Made by a program: the position numbers and the translations under genes
Shown here: positions 9,554 through 18,417 of the stretch, piece after piece
Numbering within the stretch: position 1 is the stretch's first letter
Layout: every line of letters begins with the position of its first letter
From: an uncultured Candidatus Saccharibacteria bacterium
GTDB lineage: Bacteria > Patescibacteriota > Saccharimonadia > Saccharimonadales > AWTP1-31
NCBI GenBank assembly: GCA_964409615.1
Contig: CAYPDT010000002.1
Span: 1,226-65,225, forward strand
Length of the DNA: 64,000 bases
Reading direction: 5' to 3'
Notes under the pieces: model-generated
What the model was told of the DNA's origin: nothing
The model's input: only the letters and a program-made list of their open reading frames with translations
Database searches by the model: none

Positions 9554-10029
9554 TGAGCTACAACCAATTAAACGTTTCAACCAAGAAGTCTCAGAAGCGT
9601 GTCGGACGCGGTATCGCAGCAGGCCAGGGTAAAACCGCTGGTCGTGGTACTAAAGGTCAGAAATCACGAACTGGTTACAGCGCAAAGGCCGGTTTTGAAG
9701 GTGGTCAAAACCCTCTCATGCAGCGTTTTCCAAAGCTTCGTGGCTTTACTTCACATCGTGTTGCAGCAGAAGTTGTTTACACCGGTCAACTTGACGCACT
9801 CGGCGCAAAAGTCGACAACGCAGCTCTTGCAGAAGCCAAGCTCATTAGCAACGCCTATGTAAAAGTAAAACTCGTTGTTAAAGGTGATGTTGCCAAGAAG
9901 CACACCGTCAGCCTACAAGGCGCAAGCGCAACTGCAATTGCTGCCATCGAAAAAGCCGGCGGTACTTTTAGCAAAGTCGCCCAACTTGGTCGCCCAAAGA
10001 CCAGCTCAAAGAAAACTGATAGCAAATAA
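9553..10029 (+). CDS. rplO: 50S ribosomal protein L15 (uL15)
   Basis: GRGIAAGQGKTAGRGTKGQKSR motif; synteny. Confidence 0.96.
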   Translation: MSYNQLNVSTKKSQKRVGRGIAAGQGKTAGRGTKGQKSRTGYSAKAGFEGGQNPLMQRFPKLRGFTSHRVAAEVVYTGQLDALGAKVDNAALAEAKLISNAYVKVKLVVKGDVAKKHTVSLQGASATAIAAIEKAGGTFSKVAQLGRPKTSSKKTDSK

Positions 10030-10047
10030 TTTCTATTAGTCCTCTTT

Positions 10048-10076
10048 ATACACCCGGTTTTACCGGGTGTATTTTA
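10048..10076 (+). terminator. Rho-independent terminator-like hairpin between rplO and secY
   Basis: ATACACCCGG-TTTTA-CCGGGTGTAT: a perfect 10-bp stem followed by TTTATT. Confidence 0.6.
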
Positions 10077-10176
10077 TTGGTGGCGTATTTTATGCAATAT
10101 GGGGTATAAAACACATCGTCGCGACCTGCATAAACTGTTATAATCTAAGTTGATTATTTGAAAGAGATTACGAAAC

Positions 10177-11655
10177 ATGAGTTGGAAAACAATTTGGAGT
10201 TCATTAAAAAATGCAGATATGCGAAAGCGTATCCTTGCAGTGCTCGGCATGTTGCTGGTATTCCGTATTTTCGCGCACATTCCTGTACCGCTTGCAGACC
10301 CAAAAACCCTACAGCAAATTCTTGAAAACATTTTTACCTCTAAAGACACTCCACAGTTGTTTAGCTTCATTAACGTTCTTTCAGGCGGGGCGTTAGCCAA
10401 CTTCTCAATCATGCTGGTTGGTATGGGGCCATACATCAACGCTTCCATCATCATGCAACTTCTTACCAAGGCTATTCCTTCACTCGAAACCCTGAACAAC
10501 GAAGGTGAATTCGGCCGTAAAAAAATCAACCAATACACTCGACTGTTGGCGTTCCCTCTGGCCATCATCCAATCGATTGGTGCTATTTATCTCGTTCGTC
10601 AATCGGCGGCAAGCATCGGTGGCTTAGGCGACATTACCGCTAACACCTCATTTATACAGTGGGTTCTTATGGTTGCAGCCCTAACAGGTGGTTCTATGAT
10701 TCTCATGTGGTTAGGTGAGTTGATTACCGAAGAAAGCATTGGTAATGGTATTTCACTGATTATTACTGTCGGTATCGTAAGCACTCTTCCAAAATCAATT
10801 GGTAGTCTTATTACCAGTGTTGTCAACAAAGACGAGAAGTGGTCAATCCTTGGCAAACAACTTCCCATAGACAAGAAGGGGCTCGTCTACACTCTTGTGA
10901 TTGTGGCCGTTGTCACTATAGTGACGATACTTATCGTTAAGCTCAATGAAGCATCACGTAAAATTACCGTTAACTATGCAAAACGAATCCAGGGCAATCG
11001 GGCATATGGTGGGGTAACAACTATTCTGCCAGTCAAGCTCATCACCGCAGGTGTTGTGCCTATTATCTTCGCCTCTGCTTTCCTAAGCGTACCGAGTTTC
11101 GCTGGCCAGCTGATGGTAGGGTCAAGTAGTGCGCGCCTACAATCAGTTGGTACTAACTTAGTGCGTTGGTTCCAACAGCCAACATCTACTTCTTTCCAGC
11201 AGCCAGGATGGGAGCCATACCTATATCCAGCAGTCTACTTCGTACTGGTCTTTATGTTCACTTTCTTCTACACCAGTATTGCTTTCAATACCAAAGAAAT
11301 TGCTGAAAACCTACAGAAACAAGGTGGCTTTATAGATAACGTCCGAGCCGGGCTTCAGACTGAGAAATACTTGGGTAAAGTCGTCAACCGACTGACACTC
11401 TTTGGTGCACTGGCACTTGGCCTATTAGCGCTATTACCAATCATTGGGCAAAAGTTCTTAACCAGCAACATTAGCTTGGGCGGTACGAGTATTCTAATCT
11501 TGGTATCAGTTGCCCTAGAAACACTTCGCCAGATAGAATCGCGTGCCCTAATGGCTACCTACGACCAATACACGCAAGAAGATTTCTTTACTGACACTGA
11601 AGAAACCTCTAAAAAACGCCGCTTTGCTTTGTCGCTTCCACGACGTAAAAAGTAA
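10177..11655 (+). CDS. secY: preprotein translocase subunit SecY
   Basis: 492 aa, about 10 TM segments, motifs GMGPYINASIIMQLL and GNGISLII; follows rplO. Confidence 0.97.
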   Translation: MSWKTIWSSLKNADMRKRILAVLGMLLVFRIFAHIPVPLADPKTLQQILENIFTSKDTPQLFSFINVLSGGALANFSIMLVGMGPYINASIIMQLLTKAIPSLETLNNEGEFGRKKINQYTRLLAFPLAIIQSIGAIYLVRQSAASIGGLGDITANTSFIQWVLMVAALTGGSMILMWLGELITEESIGNGISLIITVGIVSTLPKSIGSLITSVVNKDEKWSILGKQLPIDKKGLVYTLVIVAVVTIVTILIVKLNEASRKITVNYAKRIQGNRAYGGVTTILPVKLITAGVVPIIFASAFLSVPSFAGQLMVGSSSARLQSVGTNLVRWFQQPTSTSFQQPGWEPYLYPAVYFVLVFMFTFFYTSIAFNTKEIAENLQKQGGFIDNVRAGLQTEKYLGKVVNRLTLFGALALGLLALLPIIGQKFLTSNISLGGTSILILVSVALETLRQIESRALMATYDQYTQEDFFTDTEETSKKRRFALSLPRRKK

Positions 11656-11755
11656 CAACCCGACAACTCCTGAATAACGAATATAAAGACGAATATAAAG
11701 CAGTCCACAATCATTCATCCAGGATGAGTGCGTAAAACACAATAGAGCACGTATC

Positions 11756-11786
11756 AAAAAGCCACGTATCGCTACGTGGCTTTTTA
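11756..11786. terminator. bidirectional terminator hairpin between the convergent secY and surface-protein genes
   Basis: AAAGCCACGTA-TCGC-TACGTGGCTTT with an A-run on the 5' side and a T-run on the 3' side. Confidence 0.7.
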
Positions 11787-11817
11787 TCACAGATTAAACT
11801 ATTTGCTTGTCTAGCTT

Positions 11818-13113
11818 CTAGTTTGCGAAAACTGTCTTGCGGCGGATGCTTCGTACTCGCATTGCGAGGGCGCCAAGTGCTATCACACCTGCAGCAAATG
11901 CACCAACCTCAGTAGCGTTCACACCAGTCTCGGCTAACGCAGGAGGTAATTCTGGCTTACCAACAATGGTAGTAGTTGTACTTGTCTCTTGAGGAGGCAA
12001 GCGCCAGGTGGTTTCTGGTGGAATCATCGGAAACTCTACAATTGTGTCTGGCACAGTTGTTGCCGGTGGCAACACTGGTGGTTGCGTAGTTGTTGGGGCA
12101 GCCACCGTTGTAGAGGTAGTGGATGTTGTTGATGTTGTGCTAGTAGTTGTGGGAGCGGCAGTCGTAGATGTAGTGGTCGCAGGAATAGTTGTACTAGTGG
12201 TGCAAGGTATGGTCGTACTAGTAGTAGTTGATGTCGACGGGGTTGTCGTAGTGGTTTCGTGTGTCACTTCAATACCTTCGTCAAGCGAGCTCCAGCCAGC
12301 ACTTTCGATATTTAGCCGAAGTTCAAGGTTCTGTAACTGGGCATCGGTTGGGTTTAGACCATATTGTTCTGCAAAGAAGTTTCGTAAGTCACTAACCGTT
12401 ACGTCAGTTATCTGGCCACTGTAGCCTTCGACGTTCATCTTACGTACTATCAGGTATTCTTTGCCGTTTAGAACTGCCTGCAGAGCAGCATCGTTGCCAG
12501 CTAAGTCTAAATCTGCTTGAGTTGAACCAACCGGCAGTAGTTTAGCCTCAATCGCCTTGGCGAGTGCTTGATCTTTGGTAACACCGTCTTCAAGCACACC
12601 GTTCTGGTAGTGTGAAGAGGCCGGCTTGTCACAGTCTACAGCCTGAGCGTTCTGGTTTAAGCCACAGTTTTTGATGACCATACGGACATCACCATCTCGG
12701 GCATCAACATGATATACACGTTGCTTGATTGTCACTTTTGGAAGTGGCTTAAATGTTTCAGCAGATGCTTCAGCAAATGCTGTGCCATCGAATAATGTCT
12801 CTTGCGTATCTGCTACTGCAACTTCTGTTCCGGTATTTGCTGGGCTAGCGGTCTCGGCGGTGATAGACAGGCTGCCGACAGCTTGTACAGATTGCAGCTC
12901 ACCAGTATTTGACTGGGCAAATACCAATTGCTGATCTGCTTCAGCGCCTGCGCGAGAAGCATCTACTTCTGTAATGATACTTGCTGCACTTTGCGCGTCA
13001 GGATTACCCTCGAACTGCGCAGCACCTCCAAGAGCCAAAGACTCCTGCACGGCTGGTGGCATTAGCGCTACAGCGCCTTCGCCACTTTGTAATACAATTA
13101 CTTCATTTGACAT
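11818..13113 (-). CDS. cell-wall-anchored surface protein with an LAETG sortase signal and a Thr/Ser/Pro-rich stalk
   Basis: The C-terminus reads LAETG (11923-11937), then a hydrophobic helix (VGAFAAGVIALGALAM), then RVRSIRRK. The T/S/P-rich tract is at 12079-12258. AAGGAG lies 7 nt upstream of the ATG. Confidence 0.8.
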   Translation of the reverse strand: MSNEVIVLQSGEGAVALMPPAVQESLALGGAAQFEGNPDAQSAASIITEVDASRAGAEADQQLVFAQSNTGELQSVQAVGSLSITAETASPANTGTEVAVADTQETLFDGTAFAEASAETFKPLPKVTIKQRVYHVDARDGDVRMVIKNCGLNQNAQAVDCDKPASSHYQNGVLEDGVTKDQALAKAIEAKLLPVGSTQADLDLAGNDAALQAVLNGKEYLIVRKMNVEGYSGQITDVTVSDLRNFFAEQYGLNPTDAQLQNLELRLNIESAGWSSLDEGIEVTHETTTTTPSTSTTTSTTIPCTTSTTIPATTTSTTAAPTTTSTTSTTSTTSTTVAAPTTTQPPVLPPATTVPDTIVEFPMIPPETTWRLPPQETSTTTTIVGKPELPPALAETGVNATEVGAFAAGVIALGALAMRVRSIRRKTVFAN

Positions 13114-13387
13114 ATACTTCTCCTTGGCACATGTGCGCCATTTATCGTTAGAATATATGGGATATCTCTGAAGGATTTGTATCCTTATAAAAGAGTATCG
13201 TCCCGGTTTCGCTACTTGCTCCCCGTATATCCAAGCGACCAGATACAGATAAACGGATCATTACACGACGGTTTACGTCTATAGCATAATACTACTTTTA
13301 TAACATTTTGTCAATATATGCTGTAGTCTTTCTTGCAGACCCAACAGGGCAAGTCTGGTACCTATTTGATTAGTCCAACATTATATC

Positions 13388-13417
13388 TTTACAACCAGGG
13401 GTGTCTGCTGGTATAAT
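13388..13417 (+). promoter_or_regulatory. sigma70-type promoter candidate for infA
   Basis: TTTACA, 18-nt spacer, TATAAT, with a TGG extended -10. The -10 box ends 18 nt before the infA ATG. Confidence 0.5.
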
Positions 13418-13435
13418 TACACCTTAGTTATATTT

Positions 13436-13657
13436 ATGGCAGGCAATAAGGAAGTAATCGAATTAACAGGAACCATCGTAGAGACTCTACCGGGGACTCA
13501 GTTTCGTGTCGAACTTGAAAATGGCCATAAAATTATAGCTCACGTTGCCGGTAAGATGCGGAAACACTACATCCGAATCGTGCCAGGTGACAGCGTTACG
13601 GTTGAGTTAACCCCTTACGATCTATCTAAGGGCAGAATCACCTACCGCAAGTCCTAG
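13436..13657 (+). CDS. infA: translation initiation factor IF-1
   Basis: 73 aa; [30 protein letters not shown] is the S1-like IF-1 signature. Confidence 0.97.
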   Translation: MAGNKEVIELTGTIVETLPGTQFRVELENGHKIIAHVAGKMRKHYIRIVPGDSVTVELTPYDLSKGRITYRKS

Positions 13658-13855
13658 TCCTTTACATGACGGCACAACACGGGCGAAAAGCTCAGGTTCC
13701 CGCTTACCGTATTACAAATACGGCTCGCTACAATCTTCGCTTGTCATCCCATGCTGTACCATCCTGTAAAGCCTAGGGTTCTGGTGTAAAAACCAGAGAA
13801 CATTATCAAATTTAAGGCAGTGTGTTATGCATTCCAAGAAAGGGGCATGATCCGC

Positions 13856-13972
13856 ATGAAAGTGCGTGCAAGCGTCAAGAAAATTAGTCCTGACGATAAA
13901 ATTGTTCGACGTAAAGGTCGGATATATGTTATCAACAAACTAAAACCAAAGCATAAGCAGAGGCAGGGTTAA
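13856..13972 (+). CDS. rpmJ: 50S ribosomal protein L36 (bL36), Cys-less form; not in the ORF track because it is under 60 aa
   Basis: Translates to [38 protein letters not shown] (38 aa). Sits immediately upstream of rpsM. An alternative in-frame ATG exists at 13847. Confidence 0.9.
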   Translation: MKVRASVKKISPDDKIVRRKGRIYVINKLKPKHKQRQG

Positions 13973-13974
13973 GT

Positions 13975-14361
13975 ATGGCTCGTATTTCAGGAGTAACCAT
14001 CCCGAGTGAGAAGCAAGTACAAATTGCTCTTACTTATGTCTACGGCATTGGTCCAAAGACCAGCGTAGATGTACTCACAGCAGCTAAGGTAGAACCTACT
14101 GTGCGAGTAAAAAACCTAACCGACGACGAAGTTTCGCGCATCCAAGAGGTGATTAACGAAACACTAACCGTCGAAGGTGAATTGCAGCGAATTGTAAGCG
14201 GCAACATTAAGCGTCTGAAAGACATTAATGCTTACCGAGGACTTCGTCACAAGATGAGTCTTCCAAGCCGTGGTCAACGCACCAAAACCAACGCCCGAAC
14301 CAGGCGAGGCAAGAAAGTAACTGTCGGTGGTACCGCTAAGAAAGTAGCAAGCAAAACCTAG
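13975..14361 (+). CDS. rpsM: 30S ribosomal protein S13 (uS13)
   Basis: MARISGVTIP start and YRGLRH motif; synteny. Confidence 0.97.
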   Translation: MARISGVTIPSEKQVQIALTYVYGIGPKTSVDVLTAAKVEPTVRVKNLTDDEVSRIQEVINETLTVEGELQRIVSGNIKRLKDINAYRGLRHKMSLPSRGQRTKTNARTRRGKKVTVGGTAKKVASKT

Positions 14362-14369
14362 GAATTAAT

Positions 14370-14780
14370 ATGGCAGACGCAACTACTACAGCAAAGACTT
14401 CTTCAGTTAAGAAGAAAAAAGCAAAGCGAACCGTATCTGCTGGCCAGGTACATATCTACGCTAGCTTTAACAATACAATTATTTCATTCACCGATGCTCA
14501 AGGTGGCGCACTAACCGCCAGCAGCTCAGGGGCTTGCGGATTCCGTGGCTCCAAGAAGGGCACAGCTTACGCAGCACAAGTCGCTTGCGAAAAAGCCGGT
14601 AATGCTGCAAAACAGCAATACGGCTTCAGCAAAGCTGATGTGTTCGTAAAAGGCGTTGGCCTGGGCCGAGATGCTGCTGTTCGTACTATCAGTACACTCG
14701 GTATCGCCGTCGAAAGTATCAAAGATGTAACGGGTGTCCCACATGGTGGCGTGCGACCGAAGAAAGCACGAAGGGTCTAA
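14370..14780 (+). CDS. rpsK: 30S ribosomal protein S11 (uS11)
   Basis: HIYASFNNTIISFTD and GFRGSKKGT motifs. Confidence 0.97.
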   Translation: MADATTTAKTSSVKKKKAKRTVSAGQVHIYASFNNTIISFTDAQGGALTASSSGACGFRGSKKGTAYAAQVACEKAGNAAKQQYGFSKADVFVKGVGLGRDAAVRTISTLGIAVESIKDVTGVPHGGVRPKKARRV

Positions 14781-14782
14781 TA

Positions 14783-15406
14783 ATGGCACGTGATACACAA
14801 TCAATTGTAAAAATGAGCCGACGTGAAGGCTATGCTCTTCACCCCAAAGCTCACAAAGCGCTTCTAAAGCGCAGCACCATGCCTGGCCAATCAGCCAACA
14901 GCCGTGGCATGCGCAACAAGCCAAGCCAATACAACCTCCAACTTCGCGAAAAGCAGAAGGTGAAGCGCTTGTATGGTCTGCTCGAAAAGCAATTTAGCAA
15001 CCTAATGGCAGAGTCGACTCGCAAAGAAGGTCAGTCTGGTGAAATTCTCCTGCAACTTCTCGAACGACGTCTCGACAATGCAGTATATCGAAGTGGTCTA
15101 GCACCAAGTCGTCGTGCTGCTCGTCAGCTCGTAACTCATGGTCACTTCATGCTTAACGACCGTCGAGTTGATATTCCATCTATCCGCCTCAAAGCCGGTG
15201 ACAAGATTGTCTTACGCGATGCAAGTAAAAAGAACGAATACTTCAAGCGAATTGATGATGTCAGTCCTGCTAGCCCAGACAGCGTTCCAGCATGGCTAAA
15301 AGTCGACCGTAAGAAATTTGAAATATCCGTATCGGGTGTGCCGACTCGTGAAGAGGCAGAACCAGATATTAATGAGCAATTAATCGTAGAATACTACTCA
15401 CGCTAG
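14783..15406 (+). CDS. rpsD: 30S ribosomal protein S4 (uS4)
   Basis: LERRLDNAVYRSGLAPSRRAARQLVTHGH (S4 domain); synteny. Confidence 0.97.
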   Translation: MARDTQSIVKMSRREGYALHPKAHKALLKRSTMPGQSANSRGMRNKPSQYNLQLREKQKVKRLYGLLEKQFSNLMAESTRKEGQSGEILLQLLERRLDNAVYRSGLAPSRRAARQLVTHGHFMLNDRRVDIPSIRLKAGDKIVLRDASKKNEYFKRIDDVSPASPDSVPAWLKVDRKKFEISVSGVPTREEAEPDINEQLIVEYYSR

Positions 15407-15431
15407 AGTTACGCTAAGGAGGCGACTAAAC

Positions 15432-16379
15432 ATGTCTAAAACGATTCACACACCAGCTCTCGTCAATATCGACGACCACGGCAGTAGCTCTGCAACCTTT
15501 GCAATTGAGCCACTACACACCGGTTACGGTATGACGTTGGGCAACTCACTTCGTCGAGTACTTCTATCGTCAATTGCTGGTGCAGCTATTACTGCATTCA
15601 AAATTGAAGGTGCTACTCACGAATTCACCACTGTAAAGGGCGTTAAAGAAGATGTTGTTAACATCATGCTTAACCTCCGTGGTGTTCGATTCCGAGTTTT
15701 CAGCGAAGAAGCACAGCATCTCCGCGTTACAAAAACCGGCAAGGGCGCCATTACCGCTAAAGATATCGCTGTAAATGCCGATGTCGAAGTGGCAAACCCA
15801 GACCACGTTATCGCAACAATTGATGATGACAAAGCAAAATTTGTCATGGACATCGTTGTCGAAACTGGTCGTGGCTACCGAACTATTGATGAAGCCGCAA
15901 AGAAAAAGAGTAGCGATATGATTGCACTCGACGCTGTATTCAGCCCAGTACTTCGTGTACGCTACAAGGTTGAAAACACTCGTGTCGGCCAGATGACTGA
16001 TCTCGACCGATTACTCATCACTATCGACACCGACGAGACTATTACTCCGCGCGATGCTTTCGAAGAAGCAGCAGCAATCTTGGTTAACCAATACACTGCG
16101 CTTGCAGGTCAAACTCGCGTAGAAGTTGCGGCACCACTAACTGCTCCTTCAGCAGCTCACGGTGATGATAGCAACCTAAACGACGAGCCAGCCGAGCTTA
16201 TGACTTCAATCGAAGACCTAAACTTATCTGCACGTACTACTAATGCACTCATCAACAACGAAATTCATACCCTAAAAGACCTCTTTAGCTTGAGCGATGC
16301 TGAATTACGAGACCTTAAAGGCTTCGGCAGTAAAGCACTCGACGAAGTTAAAGATAAAATGAGCGAGTTGGAGCTTTAA
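15432..16379 (+). CDS. rpoA: DNA-directed RNA polymerase alpha subunit
   Basis: 315 aa; GNSLRRVLLSSI motif; C-terminal domain LNLSARTTNAL; synteny. Confidence 0.97.
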   Translation: MSKTIHTPALVNIDDHGSSSATFAIEPLHTGYGMTLGNSLRRVLLSSIAGAAITAFKIEGATHEFTTVKGVKEDVVNIMLNLRGVRFRVFSEEAQHLRVTKTGKGAITAKDIAVNADVEVANPDHVIATIDDDKAKFVMDIVVETGRGYRTIDEAAKKKSSDMIALDAVFSPVLRVRYKVENTRVGQMTDLDRLLITIDTDETITPRDAFEEAAAILVNQYTALAGQTRVEVAAPLTAPSAAHGDDSNLNDEPAELMTSIEDLNLSARTTNALINNEIHTLKDLFSLSDAELRDLKGFGSKALDEVKDKMSELEL

Positions 16380-16380
16380 G

Positions 16381-16860
16381 ATGCATCGTCATAGTTACCA
16401 AGGTCGTAAATTCGGACGAGAAACCGATCAGCGTCGTGCGTTAATCCGCAGCCTGGCCGAATCGTTCGTACGCGACGAATCAATTAAAACCACGCTTCAC
16501 AAGGCTAAGGAACTGGTTCCTTACATCGAGAAGCTCATCACTAAAGCAAAGAAGGGCGACCTACATAACCGTCGTCAGGTCATTGCTGGCCTGCAGACCG
16601 TCGAATCAGCGCACAAGCTAGTTGACGATATTGCACCAAAACTCAAGGGTCGTGACAGTGGTCACGTACGCATCACCAAGCTCGATAACCGACGTGGCGA
16701 CAACGCTGCAATGGCTCAAATCAGCTTTGTAGATGACCTTAAAGAAGCACCAGTTGCTAAAGCAGCTGCCAAGGCTCCTGCAAAGGCAGCACCTGCCGCA
16801 AAACCTGCAGCCGCTAAAGCAGCAAAACCTGCCGCCGCACCTGTCAAGGAGAAGAAATAA
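16381..16860 (+). CDS. rplQ: 50S ribosomal protein L17 (bL17) with an Ala/Lys/Pro-rich tail
   Basis: MHRHSYQGRKFGRETDQRRAL start; tail AKAAAKAPAKAAPAAKPAAAKAAKPAAAP. Confidence 0.96.
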   Translation: MHRHSYQGRKFGRETDQRRALIRSLAESFVRDESIKTTLHKAKELVPYIEKLITKAKKGDLHNRRQVIAGLQTVESAHKLVDDIAPKLKGRDSGHVRITKLDNRRGDNAAMAQISFVDDLKEAPVAKAAAKAPAKAAPAAKPAAAKAAKPAAAPVKEKK

Positions 16861-17318
16861 TGAAGACATTTAGCCAAAAGCCTGCAGATGTTACCCGTAA
16901 ATGGTATGTCATTGATGCTTCAACAGCACCAATTGGCCGTATCGCTACCGAAGCAGCAAGCTTGCTAATCGGTAAGGGCAAGCCATCTGTCACTTCACAT
17001 GTCGACGGCGGTGACTTTGTTGTCATCGTTAACACCGACAATCTTGTTGCAACAGGCAACAAAATGGAAGGCAAGATGTACTACAAGCACAGTGGTTTCC
17101 CTGGCGGACTCAAGACATCTGCACTAAAAGATGTCATGGCCAAGGACTCTACAATGCCACTTACTAAAGCAATCCGCGGTATGTTACCAGTCAACAAGCT
17201 TCGCGATGGTCGACTTGCTCGGCTTAAAGTATACGCAGGCCCAGAGCACAATCATGCTGCCCAGGCGCCAGAGGTGTACACCGTGAAAGCTGCTAAGACA
17301 GATAAGGAAGCAAAATAA
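16860..17318 (+). CDS. rplM: 50S ribosomal protein L13 (uL13)
   Basis: RKWYVIDASTAPIGRIAT motif; followed by rpsI. Confidence 0.96.
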   Translation: MKTFSQKPADVTRKWYVIDASTAPIGRIATEAASLLIGKGKPSVTSHVDGGDFVVIVNTDNLVATGNKMEGKMYYKHSGFPGGLKTSALKDVMAKDSTMPLTKAIRGMLPVNKLRDGRLARLKVYAGPEHNHAAQAPEVYTVKAAKTDKEAK

Positions 17319-17746
17319 TGGCAGAAGCTACCAAAACTACCGCTACTACTGCTACCAAGGGCTATTTTTACGCACTTGGTCGCCGAAAGAGTGTCACTGC
17401 CCGTGCTCGACTAATGACCGGCAAGGGTGCAATCACCATCAACAGCAAAACAGCTGAAGATTACTTTGCAAACAGCAAGTCATTGCTCAACGAGCTACAG
17501 AAGCCTTTTAACCTGCTCGAACAGAACGGCAAATTTGATGTTACCGTTATTGTTTCTGGAGGCGGCATGAGTGGTCAAGCAGCAGCTATTCGTTTAGCTA
17601 TCGCTAAGGCCCTCGTTGTCATGAACGAAGACTTCAAGCAAACACTCAAGCGAGCAGATATGCTTGGTCGTGATCCACGAGAAAAAGAACGCAAGAAGTT
17701 CGGTCTCAAGGGCGCACGAAAGCAACGTCAGTTCACAAAACGATAA
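17318..17746 (+). CDS. rpsI: 30S ribosomal protein S9 (uS9)
   Basis: C-terminal GLKGARKQRQFTKR signature; GRRKSVTARARL motif. Confidence 0.96.
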   Translation: MAEATKTTATTATKGYFYALGRRKSVTARARLMTGKGAITINSKTAEDYFANSKSLLNELQKPFNLLEQNGKFDVTVIVSGGGMSGQAAAIRLAIAKALVVMNEDFKQTLKRADMLGRDPREKERKKFGLKGARKQRQFTKR

Positions 17747-17767
17747 AGCAGCTATTTGCAACTTTTC

Positions 17768-17792
17768 AAGAGGGGTTCGCCCCTCTTTTTTA
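17768..17792 (+). terminator. Rho-independent terminator after rpsI
   Basis: AGAGGGG-TTCG-CCCCTCT followed by TTTTTT. Confidence 0.85.
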
Positions 17793-17836
17793 GTATTAAG
17801 GCGAATTATATCGCCGTTTCGTGCATAATAGCTGGC

Positions 17837-18085
17837 ATGTTGTCTTCCCTCATTCATCCTGGTGATTGGTGGTTATTAATCCCGTCCTCATTAGCAATAC
17901 TAACGTTAGGTTTGGGAAGATTACAGATAGTTGGACTGATACTACTGCTGGCAACTACGATTGTCATCGGCAACGGCTACGGCTTGCTCAGGGCAGTAAT
18001 TCATCTTGCACTCTGTCTTGCTTTCGCTAAGTTGATACGAATATTTAGCTTACGGTTTGTGGTCGCATCACCACCAAAGTCCTAA
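17837..18085 (+). CDS. possible small membrane protein (weak call)
   Basis: Hydrophobic ORF (LLIPSSLAILTLGLG, VGLILLLATTIVIG). The track start at 17756 lies across the rpsI terminator, so the internal ATG at 17837 is preferred. Confidence 0.3.
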   Translation: MLSSLIHPGDWWLLIPSSLAILTLGLGRLQIVGLILLLATTIVIGNGYGLLRAVIHLALCLAFAKLIRIFSLRFVVASPPKS

Positions 18086-18335
18086 CCAAACCCTCGTCGG
18101 TAAATTCAGGTACTCGGGCATACGTACCCGCAGCAAGCGTACCGTATGTTGCACAGCCACCCAGGCAGGCTGCTGATTCAGTTGAAACATGTGCCTGGCG
18201 CAACTCATCAGCTACTATTGTGCGGTCAGGGCAGTTAGCACCACATAGCGTCACTGTCCGGTCGTCACCAAAGTAAATACCGCCTGGAATAGCGTCTGCA
18301 ACCTGACCAACCGATACAACTTCGAGTTCTTTCAT
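18045..18335 (-). CDS. hypothetical protein, 96 aa, 4 Cys
   Basis: ORF with the Cys pattern C-X3-C ... C-X3-C (LCGANCP ... ACLGGCA). No family recognised. Confidence 0.45.
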   Translation of the reverse strand: MKELEVVSVGQVADAIPGGIYFGDDRTVTLCGANCPDRTIVADELRQAHVSTESAACLGGCATYGTLAAGTYARVPEFTDEGLVRTLVVMRPQTVS

Positions 18336-18378
18336 AAATAAGATTATATCATATTTTGCTGATTTTTCAATTTTGTGA

Positions 18379-18407
18379 TTGACATTTATTTGCCGCGGGC
18401 GTATGGT
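18379..18407 (+). promoter_or_regulatory. sigma70-type promoter candidate upstream of the aromatic-rich leader ORF
   Basis: TTGACA, 17-nt spacer, TATGGT. The -10 box ends 10 nt before the leader ATG, so the transcript would have a very short leader or none. Confidence 0.5.
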
Positions 18408-18417
18408 AAATAGCGTT

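Noticed and set aside
12079-12258. Short tandem-like repeats that could be mistaken for a repeat array or CRISPR
   Set aside because: They are imperfect 3-9 nt Thr/Ser/Pro codon repeats inside a CDS. There is no repeat-spacer architecture. The same applies to the KADKK codon repeats in rplW (about 2868-2905).
12008-12424. 138-aa Val/Gly-rich plus-strand ORF
   Set aside because: It is the antisense mirror of the Thr/Ser-codon low-complexity tract of the surface protein (ACC/ACT repeats read as GGT/AGT/GTT). It has no RBS and is not an independent gene.
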